DNA of 32,121 nt, from positions 86,367,923 through 86,400,043 of the forward strand of contig NC_057719.1 in the NCBI RefSeq assembly GCF_004010195.1, given 5' to 3'. Under the pieces are notes generated by a model, which worked only from the letters and a program-made list of their open reading frames with translations, searched no databases and had not been told where the DNA came from. Below, piece after piece: positions 1 to 11,287 of the stretch. The position numbers and the translations under genes were made by a program. The stretch comes from Chiloscyllium plagiosum (lineage: Eukaryota). The number at the start of each line of letters is the position of its first letter. The stretch's first letter is position 1.

Positions 1-377
1 ACTCTGTTATCTCACTTTTTAGATTAGAATCAATCTAAACATCATGGCATAGACAGAGAACACAGGGGGCCAACACCTTCAACATATTGTCTAGCTATCA
101 CCATTGTTAACAGCTAACCCGAGAATGCAACTCTTTTTAAAAAAAAAGGTTTTGTGATTTACACATGAAAGAAGTGAAACTATCACTGTATTCTAACAGA
201 CAATAAATTTTTCAATGTATAATTTCAGTTACATCACATTGTAAATTTTTGCTATAAATTCTGTGTGTTAGGATTGAGCCCTCCACTACCACCTGATGAA
301 GGAGCGTCGCTCCGAAAGCTAGTGTGCTTTCAATTAAACCTGTTGGACTATAACCTGGTGTTGTGTGATTTTTAACC
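1..377 (+). mobile_element. 3' end/pLTR of a Penelope-like element (family A)
   Basis: The terminal segment cctgatgaaggagc..gctccgaaagctagtg...aaacctgttggactataacctggtgttgtgtgatttttaac recurs in reverse orientation at 18684-18790. It carries a hammerhead core. Confidence 0.7.
290..324 (+). ncRNA. Minimal type I hammerhead ribozyme motif (intact core)
   Basis: CAC-CUGAUGA-A-GGAGC(GUC)GCUCC-GAA-AGCU-A-GUG: core boxes, 5-bp stem II, palindromic stem III (AGCU), CUA triplet, 3-bp stem I. Confidence 0.75.
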
Positions 378-892
378 ATTCCTGTCAGCATTCCAGACCT
401 TAACTACTCGCAGCAATGTCACCATTACATAACATAGGACGTGGAACCAAGTTAACATTGACGAGAGCTCGTGGATAATTGTACAGCATGTTTCACTGGC
501 TATCACTGTTTGTAAAGGTTTTCTGAAATAAGACATAGGAGCAGAAATAGGCTATTCGGCCCACCAAGTATCTCTGCCATTGTGTGAAATAACGGCAAAT
601 CTGATAATCCTCAATTCCACATTCTTGCTCTTTCCCCAAACCCTGCATTTCCTTTTTGGATTAAAAATCTGTCTATCTCAGCCCTGAATATTCTTTTCAA
701 ACCAGCCTCAACAACCTTCTGCAATAAAGAATTCCACAAATTCACTCTTGAAAGTAGAAATTCTTCCTCCTCTCTCTCTTACTCTGGGATTACGCCCTTT
801 AGTCCTAGACACACTCACAAGTGAAACAATCAATGTTCCCTCAACTGGAAGGCACCACGCACATTGATTGTCAAACTACTGCATGAATTCTG

Positions 893-1145
893 CCTCCTTA
901 TGCTGCCTGGTTTGCTGTGTTCTTCCAGCCTCCTGCTTGTATGTACCGACCACTTGTATTCATCTATTACTATGTCACCTCTGCCCCTCTCCCCAATCAT
1001 AACCCTTCCACCCCCAATCCCCTTCATCTGCAGCTTCCCTTATCTCCACTTCCATTCCTAAAGAAGGGTTATACCCAAAACATCAACTTCTCCACCACCC
1101 GATATGGCCTGGCTTGCTGTGTTCTTCCAGCCTCCTGCTTTTCGA
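893..1145 (+). mobile_element. PLE pLTR fragment (family B) with direct terminal repeat and decayed hammerhead
   Basis: tgctgtgttcttccagcctcctgctt occurs at about 913 and about 1115. Same family as 6900-8155. Decayed core ctaaaga-agggttataccc-aaaacatc at 1058-1084. Confidence 0.7.
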
Positions 1146-1382
1146 CTCTGGAAAATATGTACCATGGACATCTCTGCAGAAGAAAAAGAAATTGGAGAAA
1201 ACGTTGGAAAAAAACCTATGCATATCTACTCTGTTGAGCCCTTTAAGAATCTTTATGTTTAAATAAAGTCATATCTCATTCTTCTAAACTCCAATGACTA
1301 CAAGCCTAATGTATTGATCCTCTCTTATAGGAAAATTCGTCCATATCCAGCATCAACCTAGAGTCTCCAGTGCCAGTATATT

Positions 1383-1404
1383 CCCCCCCCCCCCCCCCCC
1401 CCCC
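1383..1404. repeat. Poly-C homopolymer (22 nt)
   Basis: Directly visible. Confidence 0.95.
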
Positions 1405-2259
1405 TTAAATAAAGGAATCAAAAGTGTTCATGGTATTTGAAGTGTAGTCTGACAATTGCCTTGTATAGTTTTAGCAAGACTGCCCTATTTTATTTTCCAT
1501 TTCCTTCTCGTGTCTTTGCCTCTGTGTTACAGTTTCACAGTAAAGAGATGCCATTTGCTGTTACGGAAGTCAAAATATGGATGAAGTAGTTTCTCTGTGA
1601 TGTAAAAGCACTATTCTATATGGTTCCAGCTGAATGAACATGAGATGGAGATTTTGATGTTTCTGGGCTAAATCAACTGGTTTCAGTCATTTGTGTCATA
1701 ACTGGTTTCATAGTTCCTGTACTTAGGATGTTGGATGGGAGAGCATTTATCTGTAATCTCACTCCTGATGGCTACCTCATAGCCTATAAAGATACGAATC
1801 CAGGAAAGACAAAGATCATTTTGTCCATAAAACACTATGGATTCCATGTACACCAAGAACCGAATCATTGCAGTCACCTGAGAAAGGTTAAAAGTAACTC
1901 ATGCCAATTTTAGACAAATCAGTGTTTTCATGCCAGCTACTAAAGGAAAGAAAGAAAGATTAAGGAGACTAAAATAACTTTTTTGTTAACCCAGTTATTG
2001 CAGACCCTCCTTTCTAGAAATTAACCTACACCCAAACTGTGATGTTGATGCTTGTGGCACTGTACCAGTACAGGGTGTAAGTGTGTGTGTGAGAAACCTT
2101 TGGGGTGGCTGCCTGTCATACCTGTGGAAATATGTCTGAGATGTTAGTAGGGACTACAGTACAATACTTAAATGAATACCATTCTTGAAGTGAGAAGAAA
2201 CATTGAATGAAGTCATGTACAAGCAGCACTTTGATTCCTTTCTTCCATGTTTTATGCAG

Positions 2260-2363
2260 GACTGGAGAGAACGGTGGATAGATGATGCATTCTGGCGATT
2301 GCTGTTTTCCGTCATTCTACTGGTCATAATGATCTTGTGGAGACCTTCGGCAAACAATCAAAG
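2260..2363 (+). CDS. TMEM87A: TMEM87 coding exon, last TM helix ([35 protein letters not shown])
   Basis: Acceptor tttatgcag|GAC, 104 nt, donor AAAG|gtctta. Hydrophobic helix followed by the conserved WRPSANNQR motif. Confidence 0.95.
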
Positions 2364-3384
2364 GTCTTAGTGTAGTTTTTTGGCACAAATTTCTAAATGT
2401 TTTCACTCTCTTGTTTCAGTTGACAATTAATAGGGTGTTGATGAGAATGAAGAACATGTTTCACAGACTGAGTAGCCCATAAGTACTTTTAATTGGTAAC
2501 ACAGAGGCAAAGACATGAGAGGGTTAAATTTAACAAGTAGAATTATACTCCTATTTCAATGCCTGGTAGATGGTTATAAAACAGCAAGGGTAAACTCTGC
2601 ATAATACAAAGCAGAGGATCTGGGTTTCTCGCATGGGAGATCTCATTGCCCCAGAGAATTGCTGTTTTCAAACAGCACAAAAATGTACTGGAAGAACCTT
2701 GTTTTGGCCGCATCTCAATGTAGCTGTTCAGTATAATCACACCAGAGGGCTGAATGAAGTGAGTGATATGTGACCTATAAAGATAGAAGAGTATAAAGAC
2801 TTGGCCTGGCCTGTCTCAAGGATACAGTTTCTCATATTTTACCAGTTCAAGCAAGAACATTAACTCAATTTACTCTCTCTTGTCTTACGCTACAACCATG
2901 CATTGAACACTCATTGCTTTCTCCCTACATCTCTCTTTGTCGAATATACAATGCTTATTGATCTTCATCCAGCAATCAAATTGCAGAATTGCTTGCATCA
3001 CTGACCTAGTTCTCCCTTTGGAATCATCATATCTTTATAATGTTTTAACTTGGTGTTACTGAATCGATAATTTCTCATTCATCTTGTCTCCCTCCACTAT
3101 TTCTAACAGTGGTATCCTGTAATTTGGGGCCTAAATCCTCTCTGAAGGTTTCTTGTTGATCATACTTACCTTTTGTTTGGTTGTTCTTTGATTGTCATTC
3201 TTCAGTGATCATATTGTTGGAAAAGTAGGAAAGATAAAACGAAAGCTTAGTAACAAATGGGAGTTCTGAGAAACTGCTCTGGATGTGTTTTGGGAATTGG
3301 TTTAGTAGTTGTATTGGATTCCTATACTAACATTTTGAGCTAACTAAGATTCCTCACAACTATTAAGTTTACCTCAAAACTAAA

Positions 3385-3513
3385 GCAAAATACAGAAGAT
3401 GCTGGAAATCTAAAAATAATAATAGAAAATTACTGGATCACTGTTCAGCTCAGACTACATTTTTGGAGAGGAAATAGAGTTAGCTTCTTGGATTTACAAC
3501 TGTTTTTCAGAAT
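3385..3513 (-). mobile_element. Degenerate short PLE-terminus-like repeat (family E)
   Basis: gcaaaatacagaagatgctggaaatctaaaa...gagaggaaatagagttag resembles 22658-22753 and, inverted, 25699-25797. Confidence 0.45.
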
Positions 3514-4463
3514 CTTGTACACCAGTATGATGACATCTTTTGGTTGTCTGTACACCTGAGGTGGCCAGATTTTGAGTTCATAGATTTAACAAGGTTATCA
3601 TTTGCCAAGCAATAAACCTCTTTTGAGGAGCAGACTTAAGCTCCCAGTATAGATTGCTACCTAGATCTATGGTGCAAGGTTGGTCACATTTGCTTTTCCC
3701 TCTCTCATACAACAGTAAAGAAGGATTGGTAAGGTGAGCACTCAGGAAGGAAAAATAGCAGTAAAATTAACTGTTAACAATCAAAAAAGTTTTTTTAAAT
3801 TTTGTAACAGTAAAGTATGGTGTTTTCAGCATCTTGTGCTATATAGCTCAAGAAATGGATTTCCCACAATTATCATGCATTTATTTAATGTGTACAGCAT
3901 GTATGTGATTAATGAAATGTTGAATTGTAATGTTGTTGTTTGAATTTTTATTTTCATTTATGATAAATCATTACAGAAGCTTCATTTATTCATGCATAAA
4001 TGAGAAAGTTTGGGGGTGGTTCTGAAGAAAATCTCTTACTTAGAAGTTTCTTTCAGTGGTAGAATTCCATTGAGTACTGTTGCAAGAGTACTTGCTAAAG
4101 AAGCGAGGAGGCAAATCTGTTTAATCTTTAGTTTTATGTATTAATTTATACATTTGATCCTTGTTATAAAAGTCACAACCTAAGCAGCTGGACAGTGAAG
4201 ATAGATCTACTCTTCCAAGCTAATTAGTTCATGTGACATTAGTATGTGAACAGGAAAAATGTGTTTACTTATCAGCACAGATAAGTGATACATTATATCT
4301 CCACGAACTAATCACTAAAACACTTCGTCTTTAAGGAAATCTCTTATATTCTCAGTAAATATATACATCCATCCAATACCTACCTTTGCACAACATCATT
4401 TCCAATTCACTTGACAATTCCACACAAATTGGGGTAATGTTAAGAAAGCTATTTGTTTTGCAG

Positions 4464-4537
4464 GTTTGCATTTTCCCCTCTGGCAGATGATGATTATGAT
4501 GATGAACTAAAAGAACCAATGCTGAACGAAGCTTTTG
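4464..4537 (+). CDS. TMEM87A: TMEM87 coding exon (R-FAFSPLADDDYDDELKEPMLNEAF-E)
   Basis: Acceptor ttttgcag|G, 74 nt, donor TTTG|gtgagc. Phase 2 in, phase 1 out. FAFSPL plus acidic patch plus KEPML as in TMEM87A. Confidence 0.95.
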
Positions 4538-4847
4538 GTGAGCAAAGTTGACCTACTTAGTAATCATAGTCTACAGTAGAATGTGTAATTAGGTAAACAA
4601 ATGAAGAGTAAGAAATTGAGTAAATTAGAGCTTTGAATTTTTGCAAGGTTTCATAGATTCATTGGGAAATAAAAATGCTGAGCACTTTTGTAGTTTATTG
4701 GATTAACTCGAAAATGGTTTGCAAGGTACATTATTAGACGAATATTATATTAAGAGGCCTCCAATAGGAAAATGAAATGGTAAAAGAAGTGATTCCATTT
4801 ATTGAGAACAATTTATGGAAGTTATATCCCCATGTCTTTTTTTGCAG

Positions 4848-4909
4848 AGGGAATGAAGATGAGGGGCACAAAATCAGAGTCTAATGGCTCTGCAAAACTT
4901 AATAAAGTG
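4848..4909 (+). CDS. TMEM87A: TMEM87 coding exon (E-GMKMRGTKSESNGSAKLNKV)
   Basis: Acceptor tttttttgcag|AG, 62 nt, donor GTG|gtaagt. Restores phase 0. Confidence 0.94.
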
Positions 4910-5329
4910 GTAAGTAAAATGGCAAATAATGTTGATTTAAAGGTTAAGTATTGAGATATATATGGACTTAGAGCAAAGTAACGGAGAAATGTTTCATACA
5001 AATGCGCATGTACATCAATCTGCAAAACACTGAAGTCAATAATTATAAACAGGATATGTTCCTTTTATCCAACCCAAAAGATATATTTTCAGAGAAAAGG
5101 CAAATGCTAACATGTTTCATGGAAATTAAAGTGGATGGAGAGTCGAATCATTGAATACAGTGTGGAGAGGTTGGCCTGCCCTAACAAGGATTCCCTTTAA
5201 TTGCCTTCTAGTAAATCTTGCAAGACAACTAGTGACTATGAATGACAGATGTTGACAAGTGTTTAAGCTGCTGAGGCTGGACTTGGTGATATTCCCATTG
5301 TGATTGATATGCTGATTACTACGATCACT

Positions 5330-5668
5330 ATTTAGAAAGTCACACGACAGAGAAATGGGCTGTTCAGTCCACCATGTCATCACTGACCAACAAACACCAA
5401 ACCTGCATCTAGTCCATAGCCTACTATGTCTTGGCATTTTAAGTGCTCTCCTAGTTGCTTTTTCAAAGTTACAAGGGTACCTGCCTCCTCCACCCTCTCA
5501 GGCAGTGCATTCCATATTTCTCCCATCCTCTAAAGACAACATTTTTCCTCTGATCCCCTTTAAAACACTTACTCTTCACCTTAAACGTATGCACTCTAGT
5601 CTTAGACACGTCTACCACGGGGAAAAGTTTCTCACAATCTACCCTATCTATTGCCTCTTGTAATCTTG
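5330..5668 (-). mobile_element. CR1 LINE 3' fragment
   Basis: Reverse complement of the CR1 RT C-terminus/3' UTR (cctgcctcctccaccctctcaggcagtgcattcc...caccttaaac...ctaccctatct), similar to 17340-17700. Confidence 0.65.
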
Positions 5669-5676
5669 CAGAGCTC

Positions 5677-5972
5677 AGCGAGTTTTAAGAAGATTTGTAG
5701 CTCAGGTTGAGGTTTTGGATATACGTTTGCTCGCTGAGCTGCAAGGTTCATTTCCAGATGTTTTGTTACCCTACTAGGTAACATCTTCAGTGGGCCTCAG
5801 TCAAAGCAATGCTGAAAATTCCTGCTTTCTATTTATATGTTTGGGTTTCTTTGGGTTGGATCTATCAACAAACACATCAAGTTAGACCCTATCTACCACC
5901 CCCCGAGAAAAGGAACTGGAAGTGAGTTCACCACAGGAAATAACTTCACCATAGGAAATGATATCACCATGG
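5677..5972. mobile_element. PLE family C fragment with internal inversion junction near 5860
   Basis: Begins with the same agcgagtttt terminus as 11288. 5677-5859 is in - orientation and 5860-5972 in + orientation. Decayed hammerhead at 5757-5790 (-). Confidence 0.75.
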
Positions 5973-6223
5973 CAAAATCAGTATGTTAAGGCATTGAATA
6001 ACCTTAGAGATGACTAAAATGGTTGACAAATTAATTAGTTAATTTGTCATAGACTGCATCCACTGTTTGCTTTTATTATTGTTTGCTCTTTTCCTCACTA
6101 TATATATCTCTGGTGTACTCTTATGTCTGGGTATGATAGTTTAAATACATTTGTCGCTATCATGAAGGATAACTTGTTTATAGTATAGCTTTCAATTCTT
6201 AAAACCCTTGCCATTTTTCACAG

Positions 6224-6276
6224 GATGAAGATCTGAAATGGGTTGAAGAGAATGTTCCTTCTTCCATGGCAGATGT
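6224..6276 (+). CDS. TMEM87A: TMEM87 coding exon (DEDLKWVEENVPSSMAD-V)
   Basis: Acceptor tttttcacag|GAT, 53 nt, donor GT|gtaagt. Conserved DLKWVEEN motif. Confidence 0.96.
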
Positions 6277-6894
6277 GTAAGTGACTTTAATTAGTACAAA
6301 CTTAATCGTTGTACAAGAAGCTTTCAAATGTATCCATCACTATTACTTCCATATATCAGCAGTTTTTAATGGTATTGGTATATTTCACATGGAGTAACAC
6401 AGGTTAAGGACAGATGTATCCTTCCAAAAAGTTAGAAAGTAAAATGCAATTTCTTCAAAATTCTTTTTGTAAGTTATGAAAATCACAGAATTAATTTATA
6501 GCAATGGCAAGTATAGTGGAAATTCGATGGGTGGCGTCACTTAACTTGAATTCATAATTTGAGAGGAAAATAAAAATAAGAAAAGGTGATGAGCATATGG
6601 AAGTTGCGCTGAAATGATACCAAGCTTAATCTTAAAATCCTGTGGACTGATTGAAAAGGAATGTGGAAAGAGCTGAAAATACAAATAGAAGAGTTAATGT
6701 GAAAATTAAAACTTTGAATGTTCAAACCTTTTATGGTAACCTTCAACAACGACAGCGATGCAAGCGTTTCATTTTGAACTCTGAAGAGATAAACCTTGAC
6801 TCCTAAAGGAGAAAATAGTGAAATGACGTAAAGTAGAGATAGCTGTTAATTGAACTTGCAAGAGCGATGAAGATGTTTTCTGTTAAAGACAAAA

Positions 6895-8155
6895 AAATTG
6901 CAGATGCTGGAATCCAAAATTGACAGGCAGGAGGCTGGAAGAACACAGCAAGCCAGACAGCATCAGGAGATGCAGAAGTCGATGGTTCGGGTCTAACCCT
7001 TCTTCAGCACTAGGGGTGGGTGTGGGGGGGAGCTGCAGATAAAGGGGATGGTGGGGGCAGAGTTGTGTAGTGAGGATGGGTGAAGATCGGTAGAGGTTAC
7101 AACATGGTTGGTCATTGGGAGGAATGAATTCGGTTGGTGGCAGGGAGCAGTGGAAGGGAGGGGGAGGGGATGGGGATGGGAAGGGAGTCGAGGATGGGGA
7201 GGGAGGTTATTTGAAATTGGAGAACTCCATGTTGAGTCCACTGGGCGGTAGGGTGCCCAGTGGAAGATAAGGTCTTGTTCCACCGGTAGGAACTGTGGTT
7301 TGTTTTGGCAATGGATGAGGCCAAGGATGGATGTGTCAGAAAGGGAGTGTTTGGGGGAATTGAAATGGGCGGTGACTGGGAGATCCGGTCAGCCCCTGAG
7401 GAGCCAGCTGCAATGCTCGGTGAGTCGTTCCCTAAGTATGTTTTCGATCTTGCTGATGTAGAGAAGACCACATTGGGAGCACCTGATGCGGTAAACAAGG
7501 TTGGAAGAGATGTAGGTGATCCTCTCTCTCACCTGGAAGAACAGTCCTTCCAGATGAGACAGAGGGTCACCTATATCTCGTCCAACCTCATTTACTGCAT
7601 CAGGTGCTCCCAATGTGGTCTTCTCTACATCAGCGAGATCGAACGCAAACTTAGGGAACAGCTCAGCAAGCATTGCAGCTGGCTCTGCAGGGGCTGACCA
7701 GACCTCCCAGTCACGCCTATATGAATTCCCCCAACCACTTCCTTTCCAACATGACCATCCTTGGCTGCCTCTATTGCCAAAACAAACCATATCTTTTTAA
7801 GGAAGAATACCTTGTCTTCCGCCTGAACACCCTACAGCCCGGAGGACTCAACATCGAATTCTCCAATTTCAAATAACCTCCCTCCCCACCCCCAACTTTC
7901 TTCCCAGCCCCTTCCCCTCCCTTCCACTGCACCCTTGCACCAACCAGATTCATTCTTCCCATTGACAGACCAGGTCGTACCCTCTACCTGTCTTCACCTA
8001 TCCCCACTTCACCATCCTGCCCCCAACTCTCTCTTTATCTGCACTCCCCCCACACCCACCCCCAGTCCTGAAGAAGGGTTACGCCCAAAATGTCAACCTC
8101 AGCAAGCCAGGCAGCTTCAGGAGGTGCAGTGTTCTGCCAGCCTCCTGCCTGTCCT
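6895..8155. mobile_element. Foldback (inverted) Penelope-like element, family B, with GIY-YIG endonuclease remnants on both arms
   Basis: Arms meet at ctggaag-aacagtc-cttccag (7533-7553). Both strands translate to IYCIRCSQCGLLYIS(E/K)IE..LRE...EH-like PLE GIY-YIG sequence, followed by FRLNTLQPGGLNIEFSNF on +. Confidence 0.88.
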
Positions 8156-8386
8156 CTTTATTAAAGGTCGTAAAAAAACATTTTTTTAAATTGTTTTGAG
8201 GAAAGACCATCAAAGATGCATTTATAATCATACATTTAATTTTCTTTTAAGATTGTAACAGTGAATGATCAGCGGAAATGTAATTATGGCTGCCCAGTGA
8301 CTCAAAGTTTGTTAATTCAGAGAAAACATGAGAAGATGGATGAAACGTCAGGATGAAGTGTTAATCACACCACAGTACAACATTAT

Positions 8387-8703
8387 GGGCGGCATGGTGG
8401 CACAGTGGTTAGCACTGCTGCCTCACAGCGCCAGAGACCCGGGTTCAATTACCACCTCAGGCGACTGACTGTGTGGAGTTTGCACATTCTCCCCGTGTCT
8501 GCGTGGGTTTCCTCTGGGTGCTCCAGTTTCCTCCCACAGTCCAAAGATGTGCAGGTCAGGTGAATTGGCCATGCTAAATTACCCGTAGTGTTAGGTAAGG
8601 GGTAAATGTAGGGGTATGGGTGGGTTGCGCTTCGGCGGGTCGGTGTGGACTTGTTGGGCCGAAGGGGCCTGTTTCCACACTGTGTAATGTAATCTAATCT
8701 AAT
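8387..8703 (+). mobile_element. tRNA-derived V-SINE (HE1-like, elasmobranch), essentially full length
   Basis: A box TGGCACAGTGG (8398), B box GGTTCAATTACC (8442), V-domain gtggagtttgcacattctccccgtgtctgcgtgggtttcc, CR1-like 3' tail ending in (TAATC)n. Confidence 0.92.
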
Positions 8704-9524
8704 TACTTTCTCCTCTCTTTCAGAGTACAAAAAAAGTAATATCATACACTTATTTCCTAACTGCGAAAGAATTTAGTTTTTCATACAACTTGACAATTTT
8801 ACAAGAAAAGTTTTTTTAATACAACTTTTTCCATTCTTCTAAGTATGATTCAGAATAAAGAATTGGGCAAACTCCCTTTTTTTAGAGAGAAATTATGGTT
8901 TTATTTCTCTGCAGTATTCATCTGCAGTTCACCTCAAAACCCTTGTAATCTCATATAATTTTCTTTGGAATGTCTTATTAAACACTTTGGCCTGCTTCCT
9001 GAAATGGTCTACACTGTTTCTTATCACCTATGATACTTTTAAGTATGATACTATGAAGATTTGTTTTTATTTGGGCAACGGCATGCATTTCTCTGAGGGA
9101 AAAAAAGAGAATTTTATTCCAAGTCAATTTTTTTAAGTCTTGTAAGCAAAATTCTAAAATCCCAAATTTATCTAAAGAATGAGTTGTAAGAAATTATAAA
9201 CCCAGAAGTATAGACAGGACTTTGATATTACATCTGCTATTGAGGCACTGGGGGAGGATAGGGCAGCACGGCAACAAAGCTTTACAGTGAAGTAACCAGG
9301 GATGACTTGTTTCTTCCTCTGTCCTAACCTATTCTTTGGATTCAGATGGGGAAGGAGCACCATATTGCTCAGTGCTTCTAACTAGACTTATGGTTTGCTA
9401 TTTCAAGGTGTTGACTAGCAGCATAAGATCCACACGATGTGAAAACCGGAAGTAAAAAGCAGGATTTTGCTGCTGGTTTTGCATTTGCTTTTGTCAGACA
9501 AAAAATGATTTTAACTATGGTCAA

Positions 9525-10998
9525 TGTGAGGATACTATGGCTTTAAGAAATGTATTTTGTCTTGTTTTTTTTGAGAGAGAAGTTTTAAGGCAGAAGCGAC
9601 AAGCAGTCTATTGAAAGCTCTTAAAGTAAACAGCTTGGGAGACCTTGGCATTTTATTTGAGGGGGATCTGTTTAAATATGTCTAAACATTGCCAAAGTTC
9701 AACTGGAAGGATATAGAAGCCTTTTTCATTTCATTTAAGAAAGTGGCTAAACAAATGAAGTGGTTAGTAACCATCTGGGTACTGTTTCAAAAAAGTTGTC
9801 GGTAGTAAAGTACTTACTTCACTATCAGAGGAGGTATCTGGGGCATATAATGAGGTGAAAGTGCTGTCTTGAATGCACATGAGCTAATAACAAAGTTTTC
9901 AGACAACGTTTTAGGAATCTAAGAACCTGGTCAAATGTACATTGAATTTGAAAGGATCAAAGAAAGTAATTTTGATAGGTGGATCAAGGCATTGAAAATA
10001 GATCAAATATCGTGGAGAGACAATTATTTTAGAGGAGTTCAAAAATTCACTTCCTGAAGTCATGTTGAAGAGCAGAGAGTTAAGACTGCAAGATTAGCAG
10101 CAGAAATGGCAGATGTTTGAGTTAGTCCATAAATCAAAGTTTGGCTTCCAACATCAATTTAAATTTATGACGGCTAGAAATTGAGGGAAAGAGAAATCCT
10201 TGCATGGAAAGGGAAAAAAGGAGATCTCATTTAAGATGAAGATAGTTTATCACAGGATAAAAAGAAAACCCATGAGAGAGAACAGAAGTTTTAAAAAAAA
10301 AGCTCAGGTGTTTTTGCTGTAATAAAGTAGGCCACATGAAGTTGAAGTGTTGGTCGTTCAGTAAAAGCACTGGGGGGATGGATGTGGGAAAACAGGATGA
10401 GCCAGTGAGTTTTGTTGAAGTAGTCAAGGAAAGCTCAGCGGAAACTAATATGTTGCAAAAGAACATACAATGTGATCAGGGGTTGGTTGAGAAGAAAATG
10501 TCAGATCTTGAAAGAATTTATTTGTGACAGTAAGGTTTACTCATGTATGCCAGGAGGGGAGCAGACAAAGAAATTAAAATTTTGAGATATGCAGGAGCAC
10601 ATCAGTCATTGGTGAGAGATGGAATGTTACCAGAAAAGGTGATAACAAGTGGAATTCATGGTGGGAAGTGCAGTATTCCATTATATAAAGTGAGTTTGGA
10701 GAGTCTGGCGAAAAGTGAAGTGGTGGTCAGAAGAGAAAGATTTTTGGTTCCACTCATACAGTTTATCATTGGTAATGATATAGCTGGATCACAGATGGGA
10801 GTGATGCCTACTGTGGTTGAAAATCCAGTGGAAAGTCAGGCAACTGTGTTGTTACAGGAAGTATAGCCTGGGATTTTTCCTGACTGTGGTAACAAGATGA
10901 CAAAGCCACAGTTTGAAGCTGGAGGACAAATCAAAGAATAAAGGTAAGGAAGTTGAAATTCGATTATCAGACTCTATGTTTGATCAAATGGTTGGAAA
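9525..10998 (+). mobile_element. Decayed Gypsy (Gmr1-like) LTR retrotransposon: gag and protease remnant
   Basis: PKFNWKDIEAFFISFKKVAKQMKW at 9692, IILEEFKNSLP near 10023, CCHC zinc knuckle CFCCNKVGHMKLKC at 10309-10350, degenerate protease ILRYAGAHQSL...FIIGNDIAG (10543-10866). Many frameshifts. Confidence 0.85.
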
Positions 10999-11124
10999 CC
11001 AAAGGCAAAATACACCTCTTAGAGTCATAGTATCATCACATCTATTTCACACTGATATTGGCCACACTACCATGATTGTGGTGTACTCCTGTACTTTTCT
11101 TAACTCGTCTTTAATTTATTTCAG

Positions 11125-11155
11125 TGCACTTCCGGCACTTCTCGACTCCGATGAG
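11125..11155 (+). CDS. TMEM87A: TMEM87 coding micro-exon (V-ALPALLDSDE)
   Basis: Acceptor ttatttcag|T, 31 nt, donor GAG|gtaagc. ALPALLDSDE motif. Confidence 0.95.
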
Positions 11156-11287
11156 GTAAGCAACAGATTTATGTAACATTTAATTGTAAAAGTGTTGACC
11201 CATATACTTGAGGATGTTTGCTGGCATAAGAGGAATTGATGTGGCAAGAGTATGCATTGGTGCATGTAACATTGTCTACATTAAGTT

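Larger units (their letters stand above)
530..1505 (-). mobile_element. Old CR1 LINE 3' fragment, interrupted by a PLE fragment and a poly-C run
   Basis: CR1-type 3' end (aagacataggagcagaaataggctattcggccc...). CR1-like sequence resumes at about 1220. Confidence 0.65.

Noticed and set aside
1383..1404. G-quadruplex/regulatory element from C22
   Set aside because: A simple homopolymer expansion inside a CR1 fragment, with length prone to sequencing error.
378..2259. Additional upstream TMEM87 exon
   Set aside because: By eye, I found no splice-bounded segment translating to the expected preceding TM helix.
8387..8460. tRNA gene
   Set aside because: The A/B boxes continue into a V-domain and LINE tail, so this is a SINE head.
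10543..10866. Domesticated retroviral-type protease
   Set aside because: The catalytic DTG motif reads YAG, and the surrounding gag is frameshifted.
10913..11176. 87-aa ORF containing ALPALLDSDE as a single-exon gene
   Set aside because: Only 11125-11155 is exon. The rest is Gypsy remnant and intron.
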